A stretch of 64,000 nucleotides of DNA from the human T2T-CHM13v2.0 reference genome, Homo sapiens. The stretch is from the NCBI RefSeq assembly GCF_009914755.1, contig NC_060934.1, one strand, 5' to 3'. The notes under the pieces are model-generated. The model saw only the letters and a program-made list of their open reading frames with translations, did no database searches and had not been told where the DNA came from. Position 1 is the first letter of the stretch. Every line of letters starts with the position of its first letter. A program made the position numbers and the translations under genes. Positions 28,233 through 42,573 of this stretch are shown here, in pieces.

Positions 28233-28420
28233 CATTGGTTCCCAAAGTGTGGTCCTGCACCAGCAGCAATATCCACCTAGCAACTTGATGGAAACGCAGA
28301 TTCTCAAACCTTCCTCCAGACTTACTGAACGGAAACTCTGGGGGTGGATGCTAGTGATATTGTGTTTGAACAAGCCCTCCAGGTGTGTCTGAGGCCTGCT
28401 GAAGTTTGCAAACCATACTT
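28233..28420. mobile_element. MER5A hAT-Charlie MITE
   Basis: GGTTCCCAAAGTGTGGTCC..GCAGATTCTC..AACAAGCCCTCCAGGTG..AAGTTTG. Confidence 0.8.
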
Positions 28421-29029
28421 TAGAATGTGAAAGAGCCAGTCCCTATTTCATTTCAAATGAGTTTAGATGTATATTTAGCTACTGAAATAAGAAATCTAAA
28501 GATATGTACACTTGTACCAAGAAGACAAGGAAAGAAATCTGCTGATATGAAGACTCAGTTATATTTCGAACAAAGGCAATGAATCCATCTTGGTCCTTTG
28601 CTTGGCTCATGGTGAAACATAGCGGCCACCATGTGGGTCAAGAGGCTTGTGTTCAGGACAACTGAAGGGATGGCCTTGACCTTAGTGTCCTCCCAGCACC
28701 AAAAGGAGCCAAGAGTGAGAGGTTACTTCTGCCTCTCCGGAACTCCAGCACTTCCTCCCTGGGGGTGCTGGCATCTTTCTTATGCACTGTCACTCTCCTC
28801 GTGGTTACTGTTGTTTGGGTCAATGTTGTAAGCAGTTGCTTGAATACAAACCCTCTGCTTTTTCATCCCTGTTTCTCCTGGGCAAACCCAAATGTGACTG
28901 CAAAACATCTCCAAATAGAGTCCAGTTCTTCTAAGTGTCAAGGCTTGGCCCAGCCACTGCCTCTGCTGTAAAGACTTTCTAGCCTGAATACCACCATGGC
29001 AAGTCATAAGCCTTGTTCTTCCCCTCCTG

Positions 29030-29328
29030 TGCTTCACATCCCAGGGATTTGATCCCTGCAGGCTGCATTTCCAGGCGCCTGCTGGGTTTGAACAGTGCAA
29101 GCCTCTGGGGTGAGACTGCAGGGTGGTCGGAGAGGGATGCCAGGGTGGTTCTCCCCCTCCTCTGTGGCTGGCTGTCTGACAGTGGCTGGGGATCTTCCAG
29201 GGCTCTATTGCTACTCCTGTCCCCACTAGCTTTTGTGTACCTTCTTGTCTGTTTGATAAATTCTCTGGATTAAATTCTCCAAGGGATTTGGAGTGGTTTC
29301 TCTTTTCTTTATTGGGTCCTGACTAACT
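29030..29328 (+). mobile_element. Old ERVL LTR fragment (LTR33/LTR16-like)
   Basis: GGCTGCATTTCCAGG..GAGTGGTTTCTCTTTTC..CCTGACTAAC 3' end pattern. Confidence 0.45.
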
Positions 29329-29699
29329 TACCCCTTGTCTTGCTTCCACTGGGAGTGGTCACTCAGCATTTGCATACGTATCTTCTCCAATAGCCATGAG
29401 CTTCTCAGGAGTAGCCGTCATATCCAATTCAATGTCACATCCTTAGTGCCTACTCCAGGAGCTGTCACTTTCAACATGCTTGGTGTTTGATGAATGAATG
29501 CGTGATAACATGTGACGAGGGCTGAAAATGCAAAGGAAAATCAAAGTATGCCGTATATTCAAAATGCATGCAACAAGCAAGGTTTACCATATGGAAATAG
29601 CGATGTATGCCCTGCCTAGTAATCTAGTTTAAAATAGTAATAATAAACCTTAAGCTTGTCCACAGTACAGATTTTTTAAACAATAATTTGAGAATGTTC

Positions 29700-30136
29700 A
29701 AATCTGTTCCATTATAAGCCACCCCAGAACTTAGTGATTTAGAACCCTTTATTATTTCTCATGATTCTGTGGGTTATGACTTGAGTTGCCTTCAGCTGTT
29801 CTTGCCTGGGCTCGCTCATCACCACGTTTGGTAGCGATTCGGCTGGAATTCATATGCCTGGGACCTCAGAAGAAATGGAGATTCTCTCTCCACTAGAATC
29901 TCATGCTGAAGGAGGCTGGTGCGGGCTTGTTCACAAAGTGGCAGTCTTCCAAGAGGGTGAGGGGCAAACTCTGAGGCCAATTGAGGTAGAGGCTTGGAAG
30001 TTACACAGCATCTCTTCCTGTGCATTCTGCTTTAAAGCAAGTCAAGAGCCCAGCCCAGATTCAAAGGATAGGGAAATAGACTCATGTCTTAATGGGAGGG
30101 GCTTCCAGGAATTTGTGGCCATATTTAATCCACTAT
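29700..30136 (-). mobile_element. MaLR LTR (MLT1G/H-like)
   Basis: CCCCAGAACTTAGTG..TATTTCTCATGATTCTGTGG..CAGCCCAGATTCAAAGG..GAATTTGTGGCCAT. Confidence 0.7.
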
Positions 30137-30734
30137 AGAGTGGTTATTCTCATTACGAAACATTCTTTATTACAACATTTAGTATGGCTGTACCTTAAGT
30201 AGAGCCTCCTGGAATAGATTTAAAAGGTTGCTCAACTGGTAAGACCCACAAATGGAGAGCTGCCACTGCTTTCCTTAGTTCTTTGTCTGACCACCAGATG
30301 GTGGCATTGCTCAGTTGACCCGGAGTATTTCAAGGCCGGCACCAAATTCCACCTGGAGATGCCCTTCAAGCTGTGGGAATTCTATGATTTTGCACAGCTG
30401 GATTGGGAGCAGGCAGTGCTACCTATGGAGAGGGTCTGGGATTAGGGTTGCAATGGGCATTGGATGCCTCTTTCTCCCTGACTCTTCTAGAACTGTTGTG
30501 GGAAATTTCTTCACCTCCCCAAATGGGGGACTGGAGTAAGATGCTGCAAATATCATCCCATCACAATGGACTCAATCATGAAGAAAAATATCGTTTGTAA
30601 TAAAAAAATTGTTTGCATACTCATGAATTGTCTATCGAAATTACATTGTATTGATTTCATCCTAGTGATGTAAATAATTCTATACCACTTCTTTTTCTTT
30701 TTTCTACCCTCTGCACCATTATAGTTGTTTGTAT

Positions 30735-30950
30735 AACAGTGTCTGCAAAAACTGATAACATTTGATTAAGGCCTGCAGTCTAGTCCATTGTATTGTGCCA
30801 GTGTCAATTTCCTGGTTTTGATCATGTAATATAGTGATATAAGATGTTATCATTGGGGAAGATAGGAGATAAGGACATAGACCTTTCTGTACTATTTTTG
30901 CAACTTCTTGCAAGTCTATAAGTATTTCAGAATAGAAAGTTAAAAAAATA
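30735..30950 (+). mobile_element. L1MC4-like 3' end
   Basis: GTCAATTTCCTGGTTTTGATC..TCTGTACTATTTTTGCAACTTCTT..AAAGTTAAAAAAA. Confidence 0.75.
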
Positions 30951-31504
30951 CCCTCACTAAAAATAACCTCCACCTGCTTGTGTATTACTGGTATTTGCAT
31001 CATCATTTGGGAGAAAAGTTGAGCATTGATTTTAAAAACTCTTTTTTTGGGGGGGGGGGTCATTCTGGCAGGGTAGCACTGGCTTCTCAACCCCCTTCAG
31101 ATCCACTGGCCACTTCCACAGATCCTGCCCAGGCTCAAAGCACCTGCTAGACTAGGTGATCAGTGGTGCAGAGACCTGGAGCCAAGGATGGGGAGAGACA
31201 GTCATTGCCACCTCCTTTCTTCCCTTTCTGGACTCAGAGATCCTCTGTCCCAAGTTTCTCCCTTATAGTCAGGGCTCTGCCCTTTACTACTCACTTTCTT
31301 TTTTGTTGTCTTAATCGTGGGTTACAATGCTTCTCTAAGACTAACAGGAAGACACTTTTATTTCCATTTTGTGAATAAGAAAACTAACACCCAGGGTTTG
31401 AGGTACTTGGCTGGGACCAAAAGTAAGTGATGCATCCAAGGCTAGAAGGTAGATTAAATGACTTTTTAATCTGGGTTTTCCTTGCTAATTTCTAAATACA
31501 CTAA

Positions 31505-31685
31505 AAAGAGAAAACTTTTTAGAAAGTTTTCTTTCTGAAAGAGAAAGCCTTTTAGAAAGTTTTCTTTCTGAAAGAGAAAACTTTTTAGAAAGTTTTCTTT
31601 CTGAAAGAGAAAGCCTTTTAGAAAGTTTTCTTTCTGAAAGAGAAAACTTTTTAGAAAGTTTTCTTTCTGAAAGAGAAAACTTTTT
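31505..31685. repeat. 33-bp palindromic minisatellite, 5.5 copies (A-B-A-B-A-partial A)
   Basis: Unit AAAGAGAAA(AC/GC)(T/C)TTTTAGAAAGTTTTCTTTCTG starting at 31505, 31538, 31571, 31604, 31637, 31670. Confidence 0.95.
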
Positions 31686-32414
31686 CAAGTGAAGTAAAAC
31701 TTCTTTGAAATATTACGTGTTTAAACTCCTAGGCTGTAATTTCATATGCTTTTATTTACTGTCTTGTTCTATTAAAATGCAACCTATAGCACCTTTTAAT
31801 GTTCACACAGTGTTTGAAGTAGAGAAATGAAACTTTTATGAGTAAGTGGAGAAAGTAGTGTTAACTTTTTTTTTCATTAATGAGAAAACAATAGGCAGCA
31901 ATGGGTTTAGGAGTTCTATGGCGAAAAGGCATTTCCTGAGATTGAATCAGTGGCAAAAGGAGAGCCTGTTATGTTTTGCTAACCAAAAGAATGTGGGAAC
32001 ATTTTAGCTAAAATGCAAGTTAAAACTGTGAAACATATAAATAAGCATTTGGTATGCTTTTCAGTTTCCACAACAGTAGTCAAGCCAGTGAGCCCTGTGG
32101 GGAGGGCTCATGGGCCCTGGACTCAAAGAGCTCAGAGTATGTCTACCTGGGGAACTAAACCAGTGTGCATGAAATGACCAGAGAGTGATATGGGGCAGAT
32201 AGGGTTTCATGCCAGGGTGTGTACCATGGTTGTGTCTGGAAACAAGGGCTACCGAGGCCTGGATCACTCAGAGGAGGCATCAGGGAGAATGTACTGGACT
32301 TGGGCTCAATGTAGAGATGTAGGGGGTAGCTCTCTTTTGACTCCTAAAATTACAGTGAAAAACTGGGTTCTCGTAATCACACTTACGAGTTGTTGTGTCC
32401 CTGGACTAGTTATA

Positions 32415-32680
32415 TCTTCTCTCTCTCTCTCTCTTTCTGTCTCTCTCGCTCTCTGTGTGTGTGACAAAATACTCATACCACAAAATTTACCATTTTGATT
32501 ATTTTAAGGTACACAGTTCAGTGCCACTAAGTGCATTTACAATGCTGGGCAATCATCATGACTATTTAGTTCCAGGACCTTTTCATTACCCACAAAGGAG
32601 ACCATGTGCCCATTAAGCAGTCACTCTCTCCTTGGCAACCACTTAATGTGGTTTTCGTCTTTATGGACTTGCCTACTGTG
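32415..32680 (-). mobile_element. (CT)n(GT)n tract plus L1MB/ME 3' end
   Basis: AAAATTTACCATTTT..TACACAGTTCAGTG..CCCATTAAGCAGTCACTC. Confidence 0.65.
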
Positions 32681-32789
32681 TGACACACAGTGTTTTGTGG
32701 TGGATGGGAAAATGTATGATATTTAGGCCTTACTCTCAAGGAGCTTACTAATTGGGAAGATGTAATCTGAGAACATGAAAAAGACAGTT

Positions 32790-33980
32790 ACATCCTATGA
32801 CCAACATCATGCTTGCTGGGAAAACCTTAGAAGCATTCCCAATTACAGTCAGAAATAAGATAAGAGATGCTAAATGTCACCGCTGTGATTCAGCATTGTG
32901 CTGAAGAACCTAGCCAATGCAGTAAGACAAGAAAAATAAATGAAGCACAAGGATGGAAAGTAAGAGACAAATTATTGTTATGTGGAGATGATATGGTTGT
33001 GTACTTTCAACGAGTTGCTTACCTCTTTTATTATATGTAATACTTTTGGAAATTCAGTGTCCATGTACAGAAAGCAATAGCATTTCTGCCGAACTACAGT
33101 AACCTATAGGAAATGTTATAGAAAAAAAGATACAGTTCACAATAACAATAAAACAATAGGGTACCTAGAAAAAAATTAAATAAAATATGCCTAGTTCTTT
33201 AATAGAAAAAATTATAAAACATAAAGTATATCATAAGTAGAATATGATATGTTCATAGATAGGATAGCTCATTTGTGTAAAAGTGTCTCATTGAAGACAA
33301 TTCCAATAAATATCCCAACAGGATTTCTCTTGCAATTACAGAAACCAATTCTAAAATTGATTTGAAGAGTAAGGTACATCCACAGGTCTGATATGTCTAA
33401 AAAAGAATAAAAGGGTCAAGAAAGCAAATGAAAGAGCAGAGAAACAGGCCTAAGAATCACTGTGAATTTAATACTAGATAACAGTGCATGATGAATGAGT
33501 GGGAAAGGCTGAGCACATCATTGACTTATCTTGAGACAACTAGCTTTCTATAAAAAAAGATACTAGATCTGCATCTCACAACACATGCCAAGATAAATCT
33601 CAGCTAAACCAGCATGTGAAAATCAAAATGTTAACACTGTCAGAAGCCAACTCCGGGAGAATATCTTTATGACCTGAGAGGTTAAAAAGAATTCCTTAGA
33701 AAGGATCCAAAAAACACAACTCAGAAGTGAAAAAAATGATAAATTTGACTAGGTTAAAGTATTATGATTTATAGGTGTATAATATAAGATTATGGCCTAG
33801 AAGTATACACATAGGTGTTGCCTCTGGACACAGAGTGAGGGGAGAGAATGGGACAGGGGACATCAGCTTTATCCATCATGTGAAAAATGATAAAAATGTT
33901 AACATTGGTTAATCCTGGATGGTGGGGACACAAGGGCTTGTTACACTTAGAAATATTTCCATGTTTAAAAAATTTTTAAG
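32790..33980 (+). mobile_element. Ancient L1M ORF2/3' relic (degraded RT region)
   Basis: GAAGCATTCCC.., CTAGCCAATGCAGTAAGACAAGAAAAA, GGAGATGATATGGTTGTGTAC (ADDM-like catalytic motif). Confidence 0.7.
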
Positions 33981-35070
33981 ACAACACAAAGCAACTACCA
34001 ACCTCAGCATGAAAGGTGGAAACTATCGTTGTATAGGGGGAAATTGCCAAACCCAAAATCCTGATTGATCTTATCACTGCCATCAGCAAGCTGTGTCCAT
34101 GGGTGAGGACCTTCCTCTCAGGGGCTGTGTGCTCTGGAAAACAAGAGGGTTGGACTGATTACTAGCTTAGGTCCTCCTCCCTTGCCAGCGCTCACATTTT
34201 CTCTTCTCTCTGTGGGGCAGGTTACAACTGCTAGAGGAGCAGAGAAGGAAGAACGCGTGGGGAAGAGCATCGTCACAAGCATTAAGTTCTATCCAAGCAT
34301 GGGGAAATTGTTTTCATTGCATTCAATTCTTACTTACCCGACCTCTTAATTCATAGATGCTGCCTGATTTCTTTTAAGCTCTAGACCTTGCTGTTTTCCT
34401 TGACAGGGTGAAACTGGGTGTTCTGTAATGAAATGTGTGCTCCCTGACAAGTGGCAGAGATTCTGAATTTTCTGGGACTGACTAGGAGCATCATGCTGCT
34501 GACATCAGTGTACCTGCTTAATTGGGCTTCATTATTGGTCTGAAATCATGAGGCCTTTCAGGAGCCAAGAAATACACCTGGGTATGGTGGGGTGATGAAG
34601 GAAGGGTGCGATGGGTCTCTAAGGAGGTACCAGTGTTTTAAGCAAGGTGGTCATTTGTGGGCTGGTAATTTGAAAATGGGAGTTGTGGAATTCTGCTTTA
34701 CCTGCAGACCTGCTGACCACTTCTGCCTGAGTTTTCTCATCTGCGAAGTGGGGCAGATGGGATGAGACTAGAGTGACGTAGGGCATGCTTTCCTTTTTGC
34801 CAGCAGAGAGAGGGCTTTGAAGGTAAGAGGAAGGTAGTGTGGTTTTCCACTGGGGCTACATACTTATAGCTATCACTGCTGTCAATCTAAGCAGGGAGTA
34901 TAACCAATGTCTCCATCATCTTAAGTAATTTGTGTGTGCACAGATTCTTCAGACCTTACAGGATGTCTCTGTAAAACCTGTCTGGGTGCTAGATGACAAG
35001 AAAGTCTGAGTGGAAAGGCAAGGCCTTCTCTAAGGGCCCCTCTTTACCACAGGAATGAATTTTAAGAGAC

Positions 35071-35352
35071 TGTGAGATAAAGTGACAAACATAAAAAGCC
35101 ATGTTTATTCATCTCCACAGCATCATTTCACAAAGCCCCTAATTCTGTGATGACATACAACTCTCCAAAAAGATACTTTAAAGACCAAAGAAGATAAAAA
35201 ACATGCCCCCCATGTCTTTTGCCTAAGTCACTATATTTCCTAAAAGAGAAATGACCCCAGTCCTTGCCTTTCCTACACATAAAATAATGTCTGACAAAAT
35301 TCATAATTATGCCTCTATAATCTGTAACCAAATATGTTCTTGCACCTAAACC
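35071..35352 (+). mobile_element. ERV1 LTR fragment (LTR37A-like)
   Basis: TGTGAGATAAAGTGACAAA..AAGCCATGTTT..TTTCACAAAGCCCCT..GTCCTTGCCTTTCCTACACATAA. Confidence 0.55.
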
Positions 35353-35654
35353 GTCATGGCAAGCACACTTTGGATAAATCATTTAACTTCATTAGACTTC
35401 AATTGCATCATCCATAAATGAGTTATAATAGTAATTTACTTGCCTTTAGACAGGGACTGGATGAAACCATTTTTGGAGAACCCATCTGTGGGTTTTTTTG
35501 TTAAATAACATCAAAGTTTATTGGGTAAAGGACCAATATTGTAAAATAGAAATTAAAAAAAACTCTATTGATGTTGGGTTTTGGGAAGGAACTTGGGGGA
35601 GATAGAGCAGATCCTCTGCTCAGGCACACTTTTTTTTTCTTTCTGAAAGACTGT

Positions 35655-36300
35655 TTTTTTTAGAGCAGGTTCACAGCAAAGTTGAGAGGAAAGTACAGAG
35701 ATTTCCGATATACCCCCGCCTCCACACACACACAGCCTCCCCTATGGCCAACATCCCCCACCAGACTGGTACTTTTGTTACAATTGATGACCCTACATTG
35801 ACTCATCATAAGACCCAAAGTCTGTCCTTTACACTGGGGTTCACTCTTAGTGGTGTACGTTCTGTGGGTCTGGACAAATGCATGATGACATGTATCCATC
35901 ATTATTGCACCATACAGAATAGTTTCACTGCTCTAAACACCCTCTGTGCTCCTCCTATATATCCCTTCTCCCCGCTAACCCCTGGCAATCACTGACCCTT
36001 TTACTGTCTCTATAGTTCTGCCTTTTCCAGAATGTCACATAGTTAAAATCATACAGTATATGGCCTTTTCAGACTGGCCTCTTTCACCTAGTAATGTGTA
36101 TTTAAGTTTACTCCATGTGTTTTCATGACTTGATAGTTCATTTCCTTTTAGTGCTGAATAATATCCCATTGTCTGAATGTATTACAGTTTATTTAGCCAT
36201 TCACCTGCTGAAAGACATCTTGGTTTCTTTCATGTTTTGGCAATTCTGAATAAAGCTGCTATAAACATCTGTGTGCAGGTTTTTGTGTGAACACATGTAT
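35655..36300 (-). mobile_element. L1MC1/2-like 3' region
   Basis: GGTTCACAGCAAAGTTGAGAGGAAAGTACAGAGATT..TTCTGAATAAAGCTGCTATAAACATCTGTGTGCAGG. Confidence 0.85.
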
Positions 36301-36658
36301 GGATTTTTGATCTGCTAAACACTGAACTAAGAAGATTTCTGGATATAGATGTAGTTGAAAGGGATAAATATGTACTTATTTTTTTCCAATGATTTTTCAT
36401 TGTAAAATATTGCATACACACCCAAAAATACTTAAGGCATCTATGCAAAGTTTAACAAATAAAGCAAACACCTATGTATCTATCACTGGGTCAATAAATG
36501 GGATGCCCCTGGCACCCAGAAGCCCTCGAGGGTCCCTCAGCCATCCCAGCCTCCTTCCTCACTTACACCTTTGTGTAATTTCCTTGCTTTTCTCTATAAT
36601 TTTACCACTTGTGTTTCTATTATTTTGAGAGTTACATGCTCTATTCTAGAAATTATAA

Positions 36659-36991
<333 letters not shown>

Positions 36992-37376
36992 GAAATTATA
37001 ATATTTATACTGACAGTCTAAAGTTTACAAAGCTTTCATTTCCCATAGAGTAACTCAAGGTCCTTGGAACACTCTAAAAATGTTTAACCACTCCCAACTT
37101 ATTTTCTCTCATTGTTTTGTATTTTAATTCTATATTTTTAAAGAACACCAACAAAATATATTGTTCTACACAGTGGAAGTTCATTTGGATTTACTCATCA
37201 TGCATCTGTCACTTTCTTTGCTCTTCATTCCTTTTTGTGTTTCCAGTCTTCCATCTGGGATCACTTTCTTTCTGCCTGAAATGTAACCTTTAGAATTTCC
37301 CTTGCTGGTGAGGAACTCTTTGCGTGCCTGAAAACTCCTGGATTTCACTTCACTGTGGCAGGGTATTTGTGGCAGT

Positions 37377-37870
37377 TGTCTTAGTTTTCACTGGTTGCTG
37401 TAACAAATTACCACAAACCTGGTGACTCAAAACGACACAAATTCATTCTCCTTTGATTCTGGAAGGCAGAAGCCCATCATCAGTTTCCCTGGGCTAAAGT
37501 CAAAGTGTCTGCAGAGCTGCGCTCCATCTGCAGGTTCTAGGGGGGAATCTTTTCTTTTCCCAGCATTGCGATGCTGCATTCCTTGCATTGCTTGATTCAT
37601 GGCCCCCTTCTCCATCCTCAAAGACAGCAGCCATTGTAGCATCTCCAAATCTCTCTCCTGTCACATCACCTTCTCTGTGTCAAATCCCTCTTTGGCCTGT
37701 ATAACACTTCTGACTGCACTTAGGGCCCACCCAAATCTACCCATCTAGGTTATGAGATCTAAATTCTGAGATCCTCAACTTAATCACACCTGCAAAGTCT
37801 TTTTTGCCATATGAGGTAACACTCACAGCTTCCAGGGACTATGACCTGAATATCTTTGGGGGTCATTCAT
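37377..37870 (-). mobile_element. MaLR solo LTR (MLT1D/C-like)
   Basis: TGTCTTAGTTT..GCTGTAACAAATTACCACAAAC..TTAATCACACCTGCAAAGTC. Confidence 0.85.
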
Positions 37871-37879
37871 CTTTCCTCA

Positions 37880-38700
37880 TCAGAATTATAGATTTGTCAT
37901 TATTTTCTTTCAGCGTATTAAAGATATTATTCCACTGTCTTTTGGCTTCCATTTTTGATGTTGAGATATTTTTTAGTCTAAGTATGATCCCTTTTAAGAT
38001 AATCTGTATATTTTTTTCTCTAAGCTTTTCTCTTGGTTTTAATCACTGTGATCACTGGTAACTACGATGGGTCTAGGTGTACATTCCTTAACATTTACTT
38101 TGCTTGGGATTCTCTGGTCTTTTGACCACTTAGTGTCTTTCAATAGTCCTGGAAAATTCTCAGCTTTTATCTTTTCCATATTACCTCATTCCCATCCCCA
38201 TTGTCCTCTCTTGGGACTCCAGTCAAATATATGTTGGGCCTTCTGACTTATCCCCTATAGTCTAAATCCACTCTTCTGTGCTTTCCATATTTTTGCTTTT
38301 GATGCTGTATTTTGAACAATTTCCTGTGATCTAACCTCTGGTCCTTAATTCTCTCTTCTATTGTTTTTAATCTTTTGCCAAACACTTCAATAAGATTTTC
38401 ATTTGTTTTTAAATTTTTCCTTTCTAGAAGTTCTGTTTGATTCTTTTCCAAATCTACTAAGTCAGTTTTTACAGTTTTTGGTGCTCTGCAGATATTTGCA
38501 AGCTTGTTTACTTTTTCATGTGGTTAGCAAATATAAACTTACTGAGTTTGCATCTGAAGTGTGTCCAGGTCGGTTTCTGCTCTCTGCTGTTTATGCTGGT
38601 TCTCACTCATGTTGCCTTATTTCCTTCTATGCCTGATGATCTATTTTCTGATACGCCTGACAATTTCACTAGTTATTGCCCGTAAAGAAATTATGTGTGG
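37880..38700 (-). mobile_element. Ancient L1M/HAL1 ORF1-region relic
   Basis: TTCCACTGTCTTTTGGCTTCCATT..; ORF 38248-38451 (KNQTELLE.KN..KRLKTIEERI) resembles the ORF1p coiled coil. Confidence 0.6.
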
Positions 38701-41700
38701 AGATCCCCTGAGGCTTAGAATGAGTGTGCTCTCCTTCCTCTGGTTGCCTTTTGGAGTCACTACAAATGAAATTCATTGTCCATGTATGATATAGAACCCT
38801 GGGGTGCAAATCTGGATGAGGGCAGGCCTCTGGTCACATCTCAGGGGTAATTTTATCCCCTTACTACTTCCTCTCTTGCTTTGCTCAGGTTTCTCTCTGG
38901 GCCTATGGGTTTGGGGGGGACAGGAAGTGACATATTACTCCTGGTTCATCCTAATCCTGAGGGTGTGGCCCTTTGGGACCCAGCTTACTGTAGGTATATG
39001 TCTCCTGTAAGAGTCTACATCAGATGTGCTCTGGGCCCTGACATCTTTCATCCTTACCCCTTTGATGTCTGCAAGGCAAAAGCAGCTTTGGCACTCAAAT
39101 CATCCTCGAGTCTCTTTAGGTTAAAGCTTTCTCCCTAAATCAGCCTGGTAGGGATGTGCTATCATTCAGCTCTTCAGTGTTTTTGTGGTTACTTACTCAG
39201 AGTTGTTTTTAGCTGAGGGCTCATCCAATAATTCAATCACCTAACCTTCCCTCGTAGGAAATAGCTATTACATTTCTATTGTGTAAAATTTTACAATTGT
39301 GTTTAATATTTATTTACAATTTAATAATTGTGTTATGTGTCTTTAGGAAATTTAGAAATTTACAGTGCAGAAAAAATCAAGGGAATGTAGGGCCACAAGT
39401 TTTTATTTGCTTTAAGATATTAGTAGCCACATGGGATATTGACCTGGTGTCCCATCTTGGGGGAAAAGGTGAGAGACTTTTACTGGTTGCACATTAACAC
39501 TGGGGAATGGAAAAGCCCATCTTGTTTGATGCCATCTGTTGTTTCCTCAAGGGGTAACTTTAATTGGTTGGCCAATAAGTTTCATCCTTGCCTTAAAAAA
39601 AATGACCACCAAGGGAAAACTACTCTTAGCTGGCTTCCCAACCACCTCAGCCTGGCCCTGAGCTGCCCTGGAGTGGCCACCATCCAGCCCCTTCAAGTTA
39701 GGGCAGCTGGCTTTGATTCAGGCTGTGGAGACAGCATTAGTCAGCAGCCTCTTCTCTCATGCATGCCCTGATCTTTAACGCTCCAACGTGCATCTGTGAC
39801 AATGACAGCGGATTCCTGACTGTGGCCATGGCTCAGGATACTTCAGTGGATAAATTTGGGCCAGGTTTGTGAGTCCCGTCTTTGGGCTCCCCTCAACATC
39901 ACGATTTAGCCAGTTGGTGTTGGATCACGATTTTAAAACTTTAAACCTTGAGTGTTAAGAATGAATTCTTGACTGTTCAGTCCTCATATCCCAGATTTGG
40001 ATGGAAACCTCTGATGCTATAATCAACATGAGGAAAAGCCTGTAAATCATTTACAGATTCAGAAAACACTTAATGGACTTCTCCTCTGTGGAAAGCACCA
40101 TGCTGGGTATTGTGGCATCCGTGCCCTCAGAACGCTTCTAGTCTTTTCCTATACAGAGAACACAAGTATGCCCACCTAAGAGAGAAGCTGAGATTTAGAG
40201 GAGCCACTGAGGATGGCTGTGAAAGTGATCTGGCTAGGATGTTTGTCATCCCATTGCTCACGAGGTTTGATGTGGCTGATCCGCCTAGCTGGCATCTCTT
40301 CCCTCCTCATACCTCAATGCACATTCCTCCCACATCTGGGCTCATGGCAGTGAATGTGACCTTTCTGTCCAGAGGAGTTCTATCATTTGGTCAAGGTAGG
40401 GAGGTGATTGTGCTTCTCTGTTTAAGACTTAGCAAAAGACAAAATGCAGAAAGCCTGAAGGTGGGAGCTAATCTTTCTGGCTGTCACCAGGTCTTATACA
40501 ACCTTGTGGTTGTCACGATATATGCATCAGAGCAGACCCCATTTCCTGGAAATCATTTCATAATGGATACTGGAATTTGAATTAATAAAACTTAGAAGGA
40601 CCCAAACTTGGTATCTCCTTGCCAATTCTCTCAAAATTGAGTGTTCTGCAGTGTTCCTACACAAGTGAGGTTGGTGCATTTATTAATTAATGTCACTAAG
40701 AGATCAGTTAAAGCCTCAGCAAACAATTGCCATGTGCTCTTTCAGGGAAAAACAACTTACAATCAGATTTGTTCCCTCAGCAAGAATTAGAGGATATACT
40801 GCCAAAGTTTCTCCAAGCTGCCCCCTCTTTTTCTTGGCAAGCTATTGGGCTGTTAGCTTCCAGTCCCCCAGCTTCCTTGACTATGAGGATTCCTTCCTAG
40901 TGTGGTTCAGAGCACAGATTCCACCTGCTTTTATTTTGCTTTCTAATTGCTTATTATTCTCCCAAGCACACACTGTTTTTCTTTGCTCTATTCCTCTATG
41001 TTGCTGAATATTTTGATCCTAAACAAAGGTGACTTTTGTACTCAGCTTGTTATGAAAGATCAGTAATATGTGACATGTGATATGTTTTCCAACTTTTATA
41101 TCTTTATACTCCCTGAGTGTTTGGCCATGGGGTTCATGTTTTGCTGAGTATAATACCCTTGCCATTCAAATTTTAATTGAAGTAAATAGTAAAACAAAGT
41201 TGGAGTAGAGTGGGTCTTTCTCCTTCTCCTGATCCAGAGGAGGCACCCAAAAGTACTCACAGAATATGCGAAGTATTAGGATACTAACTTCTTAAACTTA
41301 GGATAGATTCCATCCTATTACTTGTTTCTGTAGGTGCATGTGGACAAAAAGTGATACCATACTGAAGACTGTCTAATGCTATATTAGAGGATATTTTGGT
41401 CTTTTGCAAAAACAGAGAATGAAGACAGTGCAAAGTGCTAGGCACAGCACTGGGCATTGACTGTTGGGGAATAAAAGGCAACTGGTGTTCCTAGAGGAGA
41501 ATTAGACCAAGTTGGACTTTGTCTACTCTGCTACTCCGTCAGCACTCAGCCTCCCAGATAGATGCTCCTCATGAGGCCCATGCTTAGACATTATGGTGGC
41601 CCATGGGAAGATTAGCTGCATCTCTTTTGGGTGGCTTTTGTCCTCTAACTCCAGAGTCATGGGATAGACCCTACTGTGAGTTGTTTATTCAAAATATTGA

Positions 41701-41769
41701 GCTCTGCTTGTGGCAGATACTGTCATAGGCATAGGGCATACAGCAATAGAAAAGACAGGCAAGATCCTT

Positions 41770-42082
<313 letters not shown>

Positions 42083-42380
42083 TAAGATCCCTGTTCCTAT
42101 GGAGCTTATATTCCAGGGGAGGGACAAGCAATAAAGTGCAAGATAAACAAGGTAATTTTATAGTGATAAAGATAGGATAAGGGAGGAGGTCAGAGAGTAA
42201 ACCATATGTCCTGCTTTAGAGGAGTCCACACGCCCATACAAAATCCAGTAATAGGATGAGATATATCCAAAGTTTAAGGCAGGACATATGGTTCACTCTC
42301 TGTGAGGTGGCCTCTTTGAGAAGATGACAGTAGCACTGGGACGTGAGTTTGAGACTCAGTCACATGAAGATATGAAGCGA

Positions 42381-42573
42381 CACTGCCCAGCAGAACCCTC
42401 CACCTGCCGCCGATGATATGTGCTGTCTAGCATGGTAATCGCTAGTCACATGTGGCTGTTGAGCCCTTGAAATGTGGCTAACGCAACTGAGGAGCTGTGT
42501 TTTAAATTTAATATTAATAATTTAAATTTAAATAGAAAAATGTGGCAAATAGCTATCCTATTGAACAGTGCAG
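42381..42573. mobile_element. MER3-like hAT MITE
   Basis: GCTAGTCACATGTGGCTGTTGAGCCCTTGAAATGTGGCTA..ATTGAACAGTGCAG. Confidence 0.8.

Noticed and set aside
31505-31685. CRISPR-like array of palindromic 33-bp repeats, and the repetitive ORF 31485-31688
   Set aside because: Repeats are directly adjacent with no spacers, there are no cas genes, and the context is primate DNA; the ORF just translates the minisatellite.
34200-34290. Isolated strong plus-strand acceptors (also ~18186, ~22898, ~57498)
   Set aside because: No matching donor or recognisable reading frame; expected by chance in intronic DNA.
40110-40580. 156-aa ORF, the longest outside the SVA
   Set aside because: No recognisable domain, non-ATG start, overlaps an L2-like relic, no convincing exon boundaries.
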